Of a stretch of 64,000 nt of DNA, positions 30,765-42,700 are shown one piece after another (the stretch's first letter is position 1; every line of letters starts with the position of its first letter). The notes beneath the pieces are model-generated. The model saw only the letters and a list, made by a program, of their open reading frames with translations, did no database searches and had not been told where the DNA came from. The translations under genes and the position numbers were made by a program. This DNA comes from Podarcis pityusensis (Eukaryota), in NCBI GenBank assembly GCA_964106645.2, contig OZ067038.1, one strand, 5' to 3'.

Positions 30765-33700
30765 CTTTCAGGCAGTTTGGAACCCTGATCCCTCAAGCAT
30801 TCCAGAACCCTGATACCTCAATGTTCCAGAACCCTGACACCTCAGCATTCCAGAACCCTGATACCTCAATGTTCCAGAACCCTGACCCCTCAGCATTCCA
30901 GAACCCTGATACCTCAATGTTCCAGAACCCTGACACCTCAAGCATTCCAGAACCTTGATCCCTCAGCGTTCCAGAACCCTGACCCCCTCAGTGTTCCAGA
31001 ACACATGGAAACCTGTATGCAAGGTGGCTCCCTCCCTTCTGACTTTTGTACATGAAGATGCCAGGGGAGAGGAGCTATCCCCACCCTCTCGTTTTCTGTT
31101 CCTGCTTCCTCTTTAACCGTGAGCAGAATGGCACTTCCCAAGTGGAATGAAGCAGGATTGGGCCGCAGCTCATCCCAGACGTCACCTCGTGCAACCCCTG
31201 CGCAGGCCTGCCTGCTCACCTCTCAGCCTACCTGCTTGCCTCTATTTGTTGAATTGCCAGCGCGTTATCTTGGCAAAAAGAGATTATCGCCAGCAACTCT
31301 CCCCGATAAGCAGAACTCAAAGCCACGAACGCGAGTCAAGGATACGGCGGCAATGATACACTACCCCGGCCTATTTGTAAGACTGACTCAAAATGTGGCA
31401 GCTTCCGTCCTTGTGTGGGTAAGGAATAGAGAATCCTTGACGCTGTTTTGCTTAGATACAGAAGTGGAGGAACTGGCAGAGTAACACAAGAACCACAAGA
31501 ACGATGAATTCGCAAAAGGTCAAATGTCCCTGCCTGGCTAATAAATTATTAAATTGACTCAAATAACTCTTGGCCAAATAATCCATTTCCCCCCAAGCTT
31601 TGGTGATAGTAAGGAAGCAGCTTGGTGGGAGAGCACGTGCCCTGCTTGCAGAAGGGCTCGTGTTAAGTCACCAGCATCCCTAGGTAGGGTTGGGGCAGTC
31701 CAATCTGAAAACCTGCATGCCCATCAGTATAGAAAATATTGAACTTGGTGGACTGATGATCAGTGTCTGCAATAAGGCAGCTTCCAACGTTTAAGGGTGA
31801 GTTTATACCAAGCCAGGATGATTTCCTAAATCCATTCAACAGTTCACTGGCAGCACTCATGTTTAAGATGTTTTTTTTTAAGAGCTGAGACCAGGAAAGC
31901 CAAATGGAAGGATGCAAAATAAAAGAAGCAGAAACCAATAATATCACATAAACCAGCTTTGCAACTAGTTACCATTTTCTTGGTTTAAACGTGTAAGATT
32001 TTTCAGCCTGCAATCCCTTATGTGTAACTCCTGGCTTTGGGCTCATAGTTTTCAAAAGACAACACGGGGGCAAGTGTGATTTTCCCTCAAACATTTCCCA
32101 CTCGAATGGAACCTTAATAGCAACTTATGATTTTCTTGATATGGTGCTGGTTTTGACACCAGCGCAAAAGAAAAACGTTAAGTTTGTTTTTGTTCTATTT
32201 AACCCAGAAGCACATCCATTGCATTAGTAAGGCAAGATTACATCTATGTGCTTTGATTTATATATACAGTGGTACCTCAGGTTACATACGCTTCAGGTTA
32301 CATACGCTTCAGGTTACAGACTCCACTAACCCAGAAATAGTGCTTCAGGTTAAGAACTTTACCTCAGGATGAGAACAGAAATTGTGCTCTGGTGTGCAGC
32401 AGCAGGAGGCCCCATTAGCTAAAGTGGTACCTCAGGTTAAGAACAGTTTCAGGTTAAGGACGGACCTCCAGAACGAATTAAGTTCTTAACCCGAGGTACC
32501 ACTGTATGTATTTCAAAGCACATAAGCAATATTCCACCAGCAATATTCTATTAGTCATGAAGATAAAGGTTTGAGAACTGCTGTCCTAGAACGGGAATTT
32601 GTGATTAAGAATTTGTGATTAAGGACTGATTCGTCCAACAAGCTGTTTCAGACTCCCTAAATGAATCGCTCCTAACGTGGCAGTCTAGTTTTCGCTTAAA
32701 ACGCACATTTTCCTTCTCAGCTCAAAAGGGGGGGCAATTCCCTCCTCACCTAGCCTCTGGATTGCTATGCATGCAAAAACAAATTCCTCAAATGAATCAA
32801 TTTTGCTCAGAGCTTGATTAAATTCCCTGAGATTTTTCTGCCCGAGGTCACTGTGGTTTGATCTACAGATGTCAGAATGGTCTGCTTTCCAGGCAACTCC
32901 TTCCCTGCTATCTGAAAACCATCCCACTCCTTTAGATTCATGATTAAATATAGATATTAGAGGCTTTTAAACTTTCCACATGATTACTCTGCGGAATAAA
33001 GGAAAGCAGAATGGAAATGTTACATTTGTTGAGAAATTCTTCCTTACATCCCGACGACAAAAAGCAGGAGAGCAGCATTAATCAAAGATACCACTAAGGC
33101 AGAAGATCTCTTGCTAAATTCAAGGTATTAATATTTACAAAGGTGTTAACCAAATGCCAATCATCTTGGTAAAGGTAAAGGTAAAGGTAAAGGGACCCCT
33201 GACCATTAGGTCCAGTCGTGGTCAACTCTGGGGTTGCGGCGCTCATCTCGCTTTATTGGCCGAGGGAACTGGCGTACAGCTTCTGGGTCATGTGGCCAGC
33301 ATGACTAAGCCGCTTCTGGTGAACCAGAGCAGCACACAGAAATGCCGTTTACCTTCCCGCCGGAGAGGTACCTATTTATCTACTTGCACTTTGATGTGCT
33401 TTTGAACTGCTAGGTTGGCAGGAGCTGGGACCGAGCAACGGGAGCTCACCTCGTTGCAGGGATTTGAACCGCCGACCTTCTGATCGGCAAGCCCTAGGCT
33501 CTGTGGTTTAAACCACGTCCCTAATCATTTTGGTAAGATTATACAAAACCAGGTCTTTTTCCCCCCAGCCAGAACTGAGTTCCGGCACCTTTGAGGTGGG
33601 CGCCATTGCCATTCTAAGAGAATGAGGGAGGTGTTCATGGTGAGTTCCGGCACCTCTCTTTCTAGAAAAAATATCACTGTGCTGAACCTATTTTATTCAT

Positions 33701-36700
33701 CCCAACAACTGCAAAACTGCTCAGTAAAATTGACCAAATTCATCTCACTTTCTGAAACCGCACAAACGGTGCACACACACAACACACCCTCCCTGGCTCA
33801 CTGACGCAAGCAGAACACACGCGAGAGCATGGCATTAATAAAACAATCCTGGTGTCAGCACTGCTCAATGGCTTTCCTGGCCTGTTTCCAACAGACCTTT
33901 AGGATCTGCAGAGCACTGTAACGGACTTAAATTCTGCATGTTGTTGTTCAAGGAAAAGGCATTAGCAGCAGCCAAGTGGCGGCGTCTTTCGTGTTTACCC
34001 TTGGCCCAGCTCCAAAGACGTTCAAGATAGTAATCTTTGATTTCAGCTGTGTCACAATCAAACCAGCATTCTGACCAGTTCACAGGCAGCCCGAGGATCT
34101 TGCACCCAAGTGAGCTGTATTAAGGAGGCAAGCACCCAAGAGCAAAATGAGGCAACAGCTGTTGTCCTTGCAGGGCCTCGGCACCTATTGTTAACAGGAT
34201 GTGCCCCCGTTAATCCGGCTCAAAGTGGGATTAGCGCCGATGTGCAAAAAATAGATTCTGTACTGTCTGAGGTGAGTGTGTTTCTGGTGAACCAGAATCA
34301 GTAGCTTACTGGGAGAGCTCTGCATTTGCGATTGCAGGTTTTCTCTCTCCTCCTATCAAATAAAAAGGAAAAAGGCAACAACGAAACAAGTGTAAGAGAT
34401 CTATGCAATGCCTGTGTATGAAAGAATCTGAAAAAATAGCCTCAGTTGACATCATGCCAGGTACAGGTTACAAATGGTATCTGGAAACTCAAACAAAGGG
34501 CAACACTTAATTTCGCTGAACCATATTAATCAGTGCCACCACACAACCCTTGCCCCATTCAAAACCAAACCAAGCGCCAGGAAAGTGAAAACTGATCAAG
34601 TCCCATCCCCAGACTTCAAAGCTAAAACGAAACTGCAGTGCTGAACATGGCAGTGAAAAACTCAAAGCTACGTTACGAGATGCCCTCTGACAGCATCGAG
34701 TCTTGTAGTATACCTGGAGGGTCTCCACCTCATCGTTCAGCCTGGATACTGAGGTCCAGCTCTAAGGGCTTTCTGGCGGTTCCCTCACTACGAGAAGTGA
34801 AGCTACAAGGAGCAGGCAGAGGGCCTTCTCGGTAGTGGCACCCGCCCTGTGGAACGCCCTCCCATCAAGTGTCAAGGAAATAAACAACTATCTGACTTTT
34901 AGAAGACATCTGAAGGCAGCCCTGTTTAGGGAAGTTTTTAACACGACGTTTTATTATGTTTCTATATTATTCTGGAAACCCCACAGACTGGCTGGGAAAA
35001 CCTAGCCAGACAGGCGGGGTATCAATAATAAAAATAATTATTACAGGGAACCAGGCAGAGGGCCTTCTCGGTAGTGGTGCCCGCCCTGTGGAACGTCCTC
35101 CCACCAGATGTCAAGGAAATAAACAACTATCTGACTTTTAGAAGACATCTGAAGGCAGCCCTATTTAGGGAATTTTTTTATGCTTGATGTTTCATCGTGT
35201 TTTTAATATTCTGTTGGGAGCCGCCCAGAGTGGCTGGGGAGGCCCAGCCAGATGGGCGGGGTATAAGTAATAAATTATTATCATCAGCATCAGCATTATT
35301 AGTGCAACTGTGAAAAACGTCCACGAAAAACCCTGCATGCAGAAATCTAGTATCTGCAAGAAGCCTCAGGGTCATCTCAAAACTGAAACTGGTGTGAGGA
35401 CAAAGCAAAGAGGATGCCTTCACCCTGGTATGGCTCCCCTTTATTACATACACAGCCCAACTAGACAACAAGAAAAAATACAACAGCTCAGATTTGGCTA
35501 ATTTGACCCAACAGCACCCCCCCCCCTTTACACACAAACAAAACTCACTGCAGTCAACTTTAGGCAACCAATCAACGAAAACATGAATGGAAAGAGAACC
35601 TACTTTCCCTGTGACACTGACACACAAACTGCACACATAACACTATGTAAAAGTATATCCCCCCCAACTCCTCTTCTCCCCCAAACTCATATTGCCTATA
35701 ACATTAGGGTTTCACATCGAATGAAACTGACTTGTAGGAAGGACTCTGTGAACTGAAAGCAGAGACGCCGTACACTTGTTACCCAAGGAAATCTTAATAA
35801 AAACTTTTTTTAAAAAAATGTTGATATGGCGGAAGATAATGCAATGGCACAGAATTAATAAAGACTACAATATATGCTGCTTTTGACTCTGCCGGCAACA
35901 GTATTGATTTTCGTACTGTACAATTTTGCCAAAAATAATTGTGCGCTCTCTCGCTCTCTCTCTGTAAAGCACTCAGTCTGGCTATTCTGGTACAGCACCC
36001 AGAAAGATGGTCTAAACTTCCCTACCCTACCAAAACTATGAATCTCCCCAGTTTTGGGATGCCACATTATTTTTAATCATGTCACTGCAAGCAAGCAAAG
36101 AGGAATATCATCAATACCTCAGGAATTGGACAACTCAGGAGATGGTGTTGGACTTTCGGAGGAAGAGAGGAGAACTAGCCGAGCTGTACATCGGGGAGGG
36201 CTGTGTGGAGAGAGTCTCTTCCTTTAAATTCCTAGGAGTTTATCTCAGTGAAGATCTTACTTGGAAAATAAATACAACCCAGGTGGTTAAGAAAGCCCAA
36301 CAGAGACTCCATCTCCTCAGAGTATTGTGAAAGAACGATGTCAATCAACATCTGATGATCTCCTTCTACCAATCAACAATAGAAAGTGTCCTTTCATACT
36401 GCATCACGGTGTGGTACGCTGGTTTGACATCAACTGATAGGAAGTGCCTACAGAGGGTGGTGAATACAGCACAAGATATTATGGGCTGTCCCGTGAATCC
36501 GCTGGATGAAACAGCGGAAGAACGTTGCCTCAGGAGAGTGAGGAAAATTCTCAGGGATGATTCACACCCTGGCCGGCACTTTCTTGATCTCCTGCCCTCA
36601 GGCAGAAGATATAGAAGCATGATTAGTCGCACCAACAGGGTAAAGAACAGCTTCTATCCATGGGCTGTTAGGTTGGTGAATGAAAAGATAACAACAGGGC

Positions 36701-39700
36701 AACTGACTTTCGGGTTTGGTGGGTGTGCGTCAGTAAACGAGGGGAATTAAGACTAAGAGAGCTGAGTGGGAGGTGCTCGTGTAAACTCACTGTATACAAG
36801 TTGTACAAGTGACAATAAAGTATTTCAATTTCAATTCTTAGGAGAGAGACAGCTCCAGGTTTGCCCCCTAGGTGGTGCACAGTCACAATATTGTAGTGTC
36901 TGTAGGTTGTTCGATATTTCCCCCTCAACCCTCTGCCTCCCTACAAACGCACTGGCATTAACTTCACAATGCTGTTAGGGCAGCTTTTCTTTTTGGAGGC
37001 CGGCGGCAGCATTAACTCGTAAAGCTGCTTCCAGGGATTTCATTTTGGAACCACAGATGCAGAATTAACTTGAAATGATGCCCACCTAAGCATTTATATT
37101 TGCGCGGATACCTCCCCCCGCACCCCCACAAAGTCCCAGCTTGCTCTCGGCCGTTTCAAAAGTCGAGCTGAAAATACGAGTGTAAGGAACCCAGAAAAGA
37201 ATAACAGCAGCAGATAACGGATCGAGTGGGAAGCTCTCCCAGCCTTCACTCAAATCGTCTTAATATAGAATTTTTTTATCTACAGAAGTATGTGATTTCC
37301 AAAGACTGAGAATTATTAGACAAAAGAGCCGGACGCAACAATAATTTGGATTTCCGAGATCTTCGAAAAACTAGGTGTTAAGTTCAGTAAAGAGATCTTC
37401 AAAAAACTAGGTGTTGAGTTCAGTAAAGTAAGAACGCAAGAGGAGCCAATGACCCACCTTGGGCAGGATCCTGTTCTCAGTGGCGAACCACTGTGACACC
37501 CACAAACCAGACCTGGGTGCAACAACACTCACAACTCCCCATTTGTGTTTCCCAGGAACCTGCATTCAAAGGCAAAGGCCATGAGATAAAAGCAGCCATT
37601 CAAATGTGCCACTGGAATAGTGGCAATTGTTTTCTGGGTGTCTTCGTGGAGACGTACAAAACGTTCTCTTTAATAATGTGTCCCCCAGCAGACAGGGAAC
37701 ACGCAGAGAAAGCCAAGACTATCACCAGAGCGAACAGCTCCTCTGCTCACATATTAGAGGACAGTTTCCCAAACTTGGGTTTGCTGCTGCTGTTTTTGGA
37801 CTGCAGTTCCCATCATCCCTGACCACTGGTCCTGCTAGCTAGGGATGATGGGAGTTATAGTCCAAAAACAGCTGGAATCCCAGGTTCGGGAAACCCTGTA
37901 AGCTACCCTTTCAAGGACCCCCCTGAACAGTCTCCTCCCAGAGCAACATCCCATAAGGCCACCGTTACAAGTTAGTTTCACCCTCCCTGTGCATGAGCCA
38001 AAGCACTCTGAATTTATGGGATGTGCGTATGGATTTCACCCACTGTCAACGCATGTAAATTTGGATATGCACTGGTTTTCACTTCTGGGCTTTTCACTGA
38101 TTTTTGATCCTGTGGGCAATGGTGTTTTATTATACCAACTGACCCAGCAAGTAGACTAATGGAGAAATCCTAAAATGGTTTGGCTTCTTTTTCTCCCTTA
38201 AGCTATCTCTCATAGGGCAGCTTAGAGGTCCCTTGAAAGCAAACTTCTGGGGTTCCACTGTGACTGGCATCAACTTGGACTTGTCATGTTGTGCGGATGC
38301 CTGACTATCATCTTCCAAAGCAACTACTCTATTCCGAACTTAAAAATGGAAAGCGTAATGCCGGTGGACAACAAAAGAGGTCCAAAGACTCTCTCAAGGC
38401 AAATCTTTTAAAAAATGTAGTATAAACATCGACAACTGGGAAACACTGGCCTGTGAGCACTCCAGTTGGAGAACAGCCTTTACCAAAGGAATGTGGGTGG
38501 CGCTGTGGGTTAAGCCACAGAGCCTAGGACTTGCCGATCAGAAGGTCAGCGGTTTGAATCCCCGTGATGGGGTGAGCTCCCGTTGCTCGGTCCCAGCTCC
38601 TGCCAACCTAGCAGTTCGAAAGCACATCAAAGTGCAAGTAGATAAATAGGTACCGCTCCGCCGGGAAGGTAAACGGCGTTTTTGTGCGCTGCTCTGGTTC
38701 ACCAGAAGTGGCTTAGTCATGCTGGCCACATGACCCAGAAGCGAGATGAGCGTCGCAACCCCAGAGTTGATCACAACTGGACCTAATGGTCAGGGGTCCC
38801 TTTACCTTTACCTGGGCTTTGAAGATGCTCAAACTCAGGATGAAAGGGAGAGATGCGATAAGAGGAAGGCACGCTTGGCAAACCCTCACCATGATCGACT
38901 CCCACCCAGAAACCTATGTCCCTACTGTTGAAGGATGTGTGGATCCAGAACTGGCCTCCACAGTCACTTACGAACTCACTGTTAAAACTGTCTTTATGGA
39001 AGACAATCTTACTCCGCTACGAGTGATCTCCAGAGAAGAAGATCACATTTTAATATCTGTCTGAAGCCACGATGAGAAATCCTTTGGAATACTGTCACTG
39101 ATAAACTCAGGGCTTGCTGAAACTCAAGAAGGGTGCCATTGCCATCATATGGGAAGAAGGGAAGAAGAAGAAGAAGAAGAAGAAGAAGAAGAAGAAGAAG
39201 AAGAAGAAGAAGAAGAAGAGTTTGGATTTGATATCCCGTTTTATCACTACCCGAAGGAGTCTCAAAGCGGCTAACAATCTCCTTTCCCCTCCTCCCCCAC
39301 AACAAACACTCTGTGAGGTGAGTGGGGCTGAGAGACTTCAGAGAAGTGTGACTGGCCCAAGGTCACCCAGCAGCTGTATGTGGAGGAGCGGGGAAGCGAA
39401 CCTGGTTCACCAGATTACGAGTCCACCGCTCTTAACCACTACACCACGCTGGCTCGCATTTGTGGCGTGTTCCGGCAACTCTTTTTTCTAGAAAAATAGC
39501 CCTGGCTATACTGCCATCCACCTCGGTAACTAAGCTATAAGAAATGACTGCAACTGTCCTGGACAAATGTTTGGATGCTGTAATTCAAGGTGATGAGGGT
39601 CAGCAGGGGTTGACAGCCTGATTCTGAAAAGATGGAGATAAGGGAAGACTGGGAGAAAAAAGTTTGCCTGAAAATAATGAATTGGCAATTAATGGGCTGG

Positions 39701-42700
39701 ACCAGATCTCACACAGCCAGGAGAGCTTCTTGAGCTCAGCTTTGATAGCTGAAACAGATGGTACTACTGACAACACACACCTTTGGATATCAGATGTATA
39801 CAAAATACTGGCTGCATTCCCTCCTGACCCGCAAAGATCTTGCGAAAGATCATCCATGCCCTTGTAACCCGCAGATTGACTGCAGCAATGCACTCTAGCT
39901 GCCCTTTCAGATTACCACAGTCCACCTACTCAGGGGAATAGCTTTCCTGTTAGCTTCAGGAGCCAATTCAAAGCACTCAGATTCTGACATTTAAAACCAC
40001 ACAAAGACTGAGGACCACATACCTCAGAGGGCCACTCCCTTTAAAGAACACACTCGCAAACAGGGAGATGTTTGAACAGTTTTGGGGTGAAGGAGGGAAT
40101 CAAAATATTTAAGGGGTTGGAAGTCTCAAGTATTTTAGGCTTTCTCAGCCAGGAACAAAAAATAGAATAACTCACTGGGGACATGAGAGTGGTTTGTAAA
40201 ATTGTGCACCGAGGTTTGTGAAACCCTGCGGAAAATGACAGAGAAGCATATGATGAGCAGGATAGATGATAAAGAGAGGTTAGAATCTGGGGTTTCCCAA
40301 ACTTGGGTTTGCTGCTGCTGTTTTTGGACTACAGTTCCCATCAATCCTGACCACTGGTCCTGCTAGCTAGGGATGATAGGAGTTGTAGTCCAAAAAATAA
40401 AAAAGAAAAAGAAAAGCTGGTGACCTGAGTTTGGGAAACCCTGGGTTAGATAAAGAGGTGAGATTTAATATTATATATCTATATCTATATCTATATCTAT
40501 ATCTATCTCTCTCTATATATATATATCCCTACAAACTAAGAATGTTTCCTACTATGCCTACTGAAAATGCAGACTTAACATTAATCTCCATAAAAATGTT
40601 TTTCATGTTCATTTTAATCACAAAATATGTATTTAAATGATATGGGTCAGTCTATGTAGTGCTAAAGGTTACAAGTGTGCAGAATGACTTCTGTTTGTTT
40701 GGCGAGACGTTCTCTCCTCTCCTCCCCCTGCTCCCCCAAACCTGCTCTGGGTTCCCACCCAAAACCCCCAGAGCAGATTTAGGGAGCCTGCAGGGCACAT
40801 TTGAGTGGAGGAGAGAGAGGGGTGCAAGTCCTGTTGCACTTAGCAGACCCCGCTTTTGTGTGTGCCCAAAGTTAGTTGAACACCACTCATATTATCTCAG
40901 TGCAGGCATTTCTAGACATATTTTATCCTAAATTATAAGGAGTAGCATTATTATTTTTTTAAGCACCCATTTTGGAACATGTTTTGAGTTGAAAACTGTA
41001 TTGTAAAATTCAGAGAAGGGCAGAATCTGAAGGATAACTACATTCCAGTTTTTACATCAAGATGTGGACTTCCTTAAAAAAATGGAAACAGCAAAATTTT
41101 CTGTTATGCCCAGTATTAAGTGCACTATCATACATAGCACACAGAAGAGAACGAGGTTTTAAAATTGTTTCATATACTTCCACAGAACAAGCCACAGGAA
41201 ATTGGAGGGGTTAAGTCTGACCGTTTTTGGTTGTTCTTGTAAGATCAGAAGAGTCCTGTTAGATGATATCAAATGCCCTTTTAAAATGTGGGTTGCTCTT
41301 GTTCTTGTTTTTATTATGTGCCGTGTAGAATTGTAATTATATGTTGCGGACTGCCCTGAGACCTGCAGATGTAGGGCGGTGTACAGATTTAAATAATCAT
41401 CATCATCATCTGGGTTTCCCCCCCACAAAAAAGAGGTGCCAAAACTCACTGTGAGGCTGTTCCAGTAAGTGTCACACTTTTTAACAGCAACAAAAGATGT
41501 GCTGGTACTGTGTACCTTTGAGTACCCCCTGGAAAAAAGCACTGACAATAATAATGATAAATCAGGCAAAAGGCCCATCTAAGTCCAGTATTTCGTTCAC
41601 ACAGTGGCCAAGCCTAAAAACAGAAACTGGGCAAACAACACTCTTCCTACTTGTTATTGCAAGTGATTTTCAACGCTGTCATCAAGCAAAAAGAAGTCTC
41701 AACATGCCTCAGTCCAATGAAAGTACTCACATGCGAAGCATCATAGTTCCCACTTGCATTTGCTAATTATTTTAATAATTGGTGGCAGGGAGCTTCAGTG
41801 CAAACTCAGCGATTTGCATCCCGTTTACACAGTGGGGACAAACATATTTTGAATCACCGCGTGGCACGAAATAGCTGGCTCCACGGGAAGGCAGTTGCAA
41901 CGTTCAAAGTGAAAGAGCTTCAGCCGGAATAATCCCTTCGTTTTTAACTAATATGTTTGCCATTGGAGCAACTGGTGCACTGATGTAGCCCATGCTACGA
42001 AAGGAATGGACATGCCTGTTTGTATTTCAAAATTTATTGGTAACGCTAATGATGATCAGCTGCGCTTTCTAAGTCGCAATTCAAAAGGATCTGCACTTGT
42101 CCTGCATTGTTATTATATATAGTAATATATTTAACTACTGGCAGTTTTAAGATGCGCTCCTGCCACTAAAAGATTTAGAGCAGAGCACCTCAATCAAAGC
42201 ACCTACTCTGGAGACTTTGAAAATAGGACTTTCAAATCAACAATTCAAGCCAGGGTTTTTAAAACTGGCCTTCAATGGGTTTTTAAAACCTGCCTTTACT
42301 GGACTGAGCGTACCCTCCCTTCCAGATACGCGAGCAGGTATGTTGGCTATACAGCGGCACCTTGGTTCTCAAATGCCTTGGTTCCCAAACGCCAAAAATC
42401 CAGAAGTGTTCCGGTTTTCGAACGTTTTTCGGAAGTCGAACGTCTGATGTGGCTGTCGGCTATTGTTTCCAGGGCGCCTGCACCAATCAGAAGCTGCGCC
42501 TTGGTTTTCAAACATTCCAGAATGGATTAAGTCTGGCGCTTTTGTTTTTGCTATTTATTTTGCGTTTTTGTTTTTGAGGCTTTTTCAGTTAATTTGTTTT
42601 TGTGACTGTATGGAACCCAGTTCAGCTACTGATTGTGTGACTGCGGAAATGGATAAAAGCCCCCCATCCAAACAAGGACGATCATCAGTGCAGGTAAGAA

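Noticed and set aside
30778-31002. CRISPR-like array
   Set aside because: Units are contiguous with no unique spacers, there are no cas genes, and the context is a vertebrate intron; it is a minisatellite.
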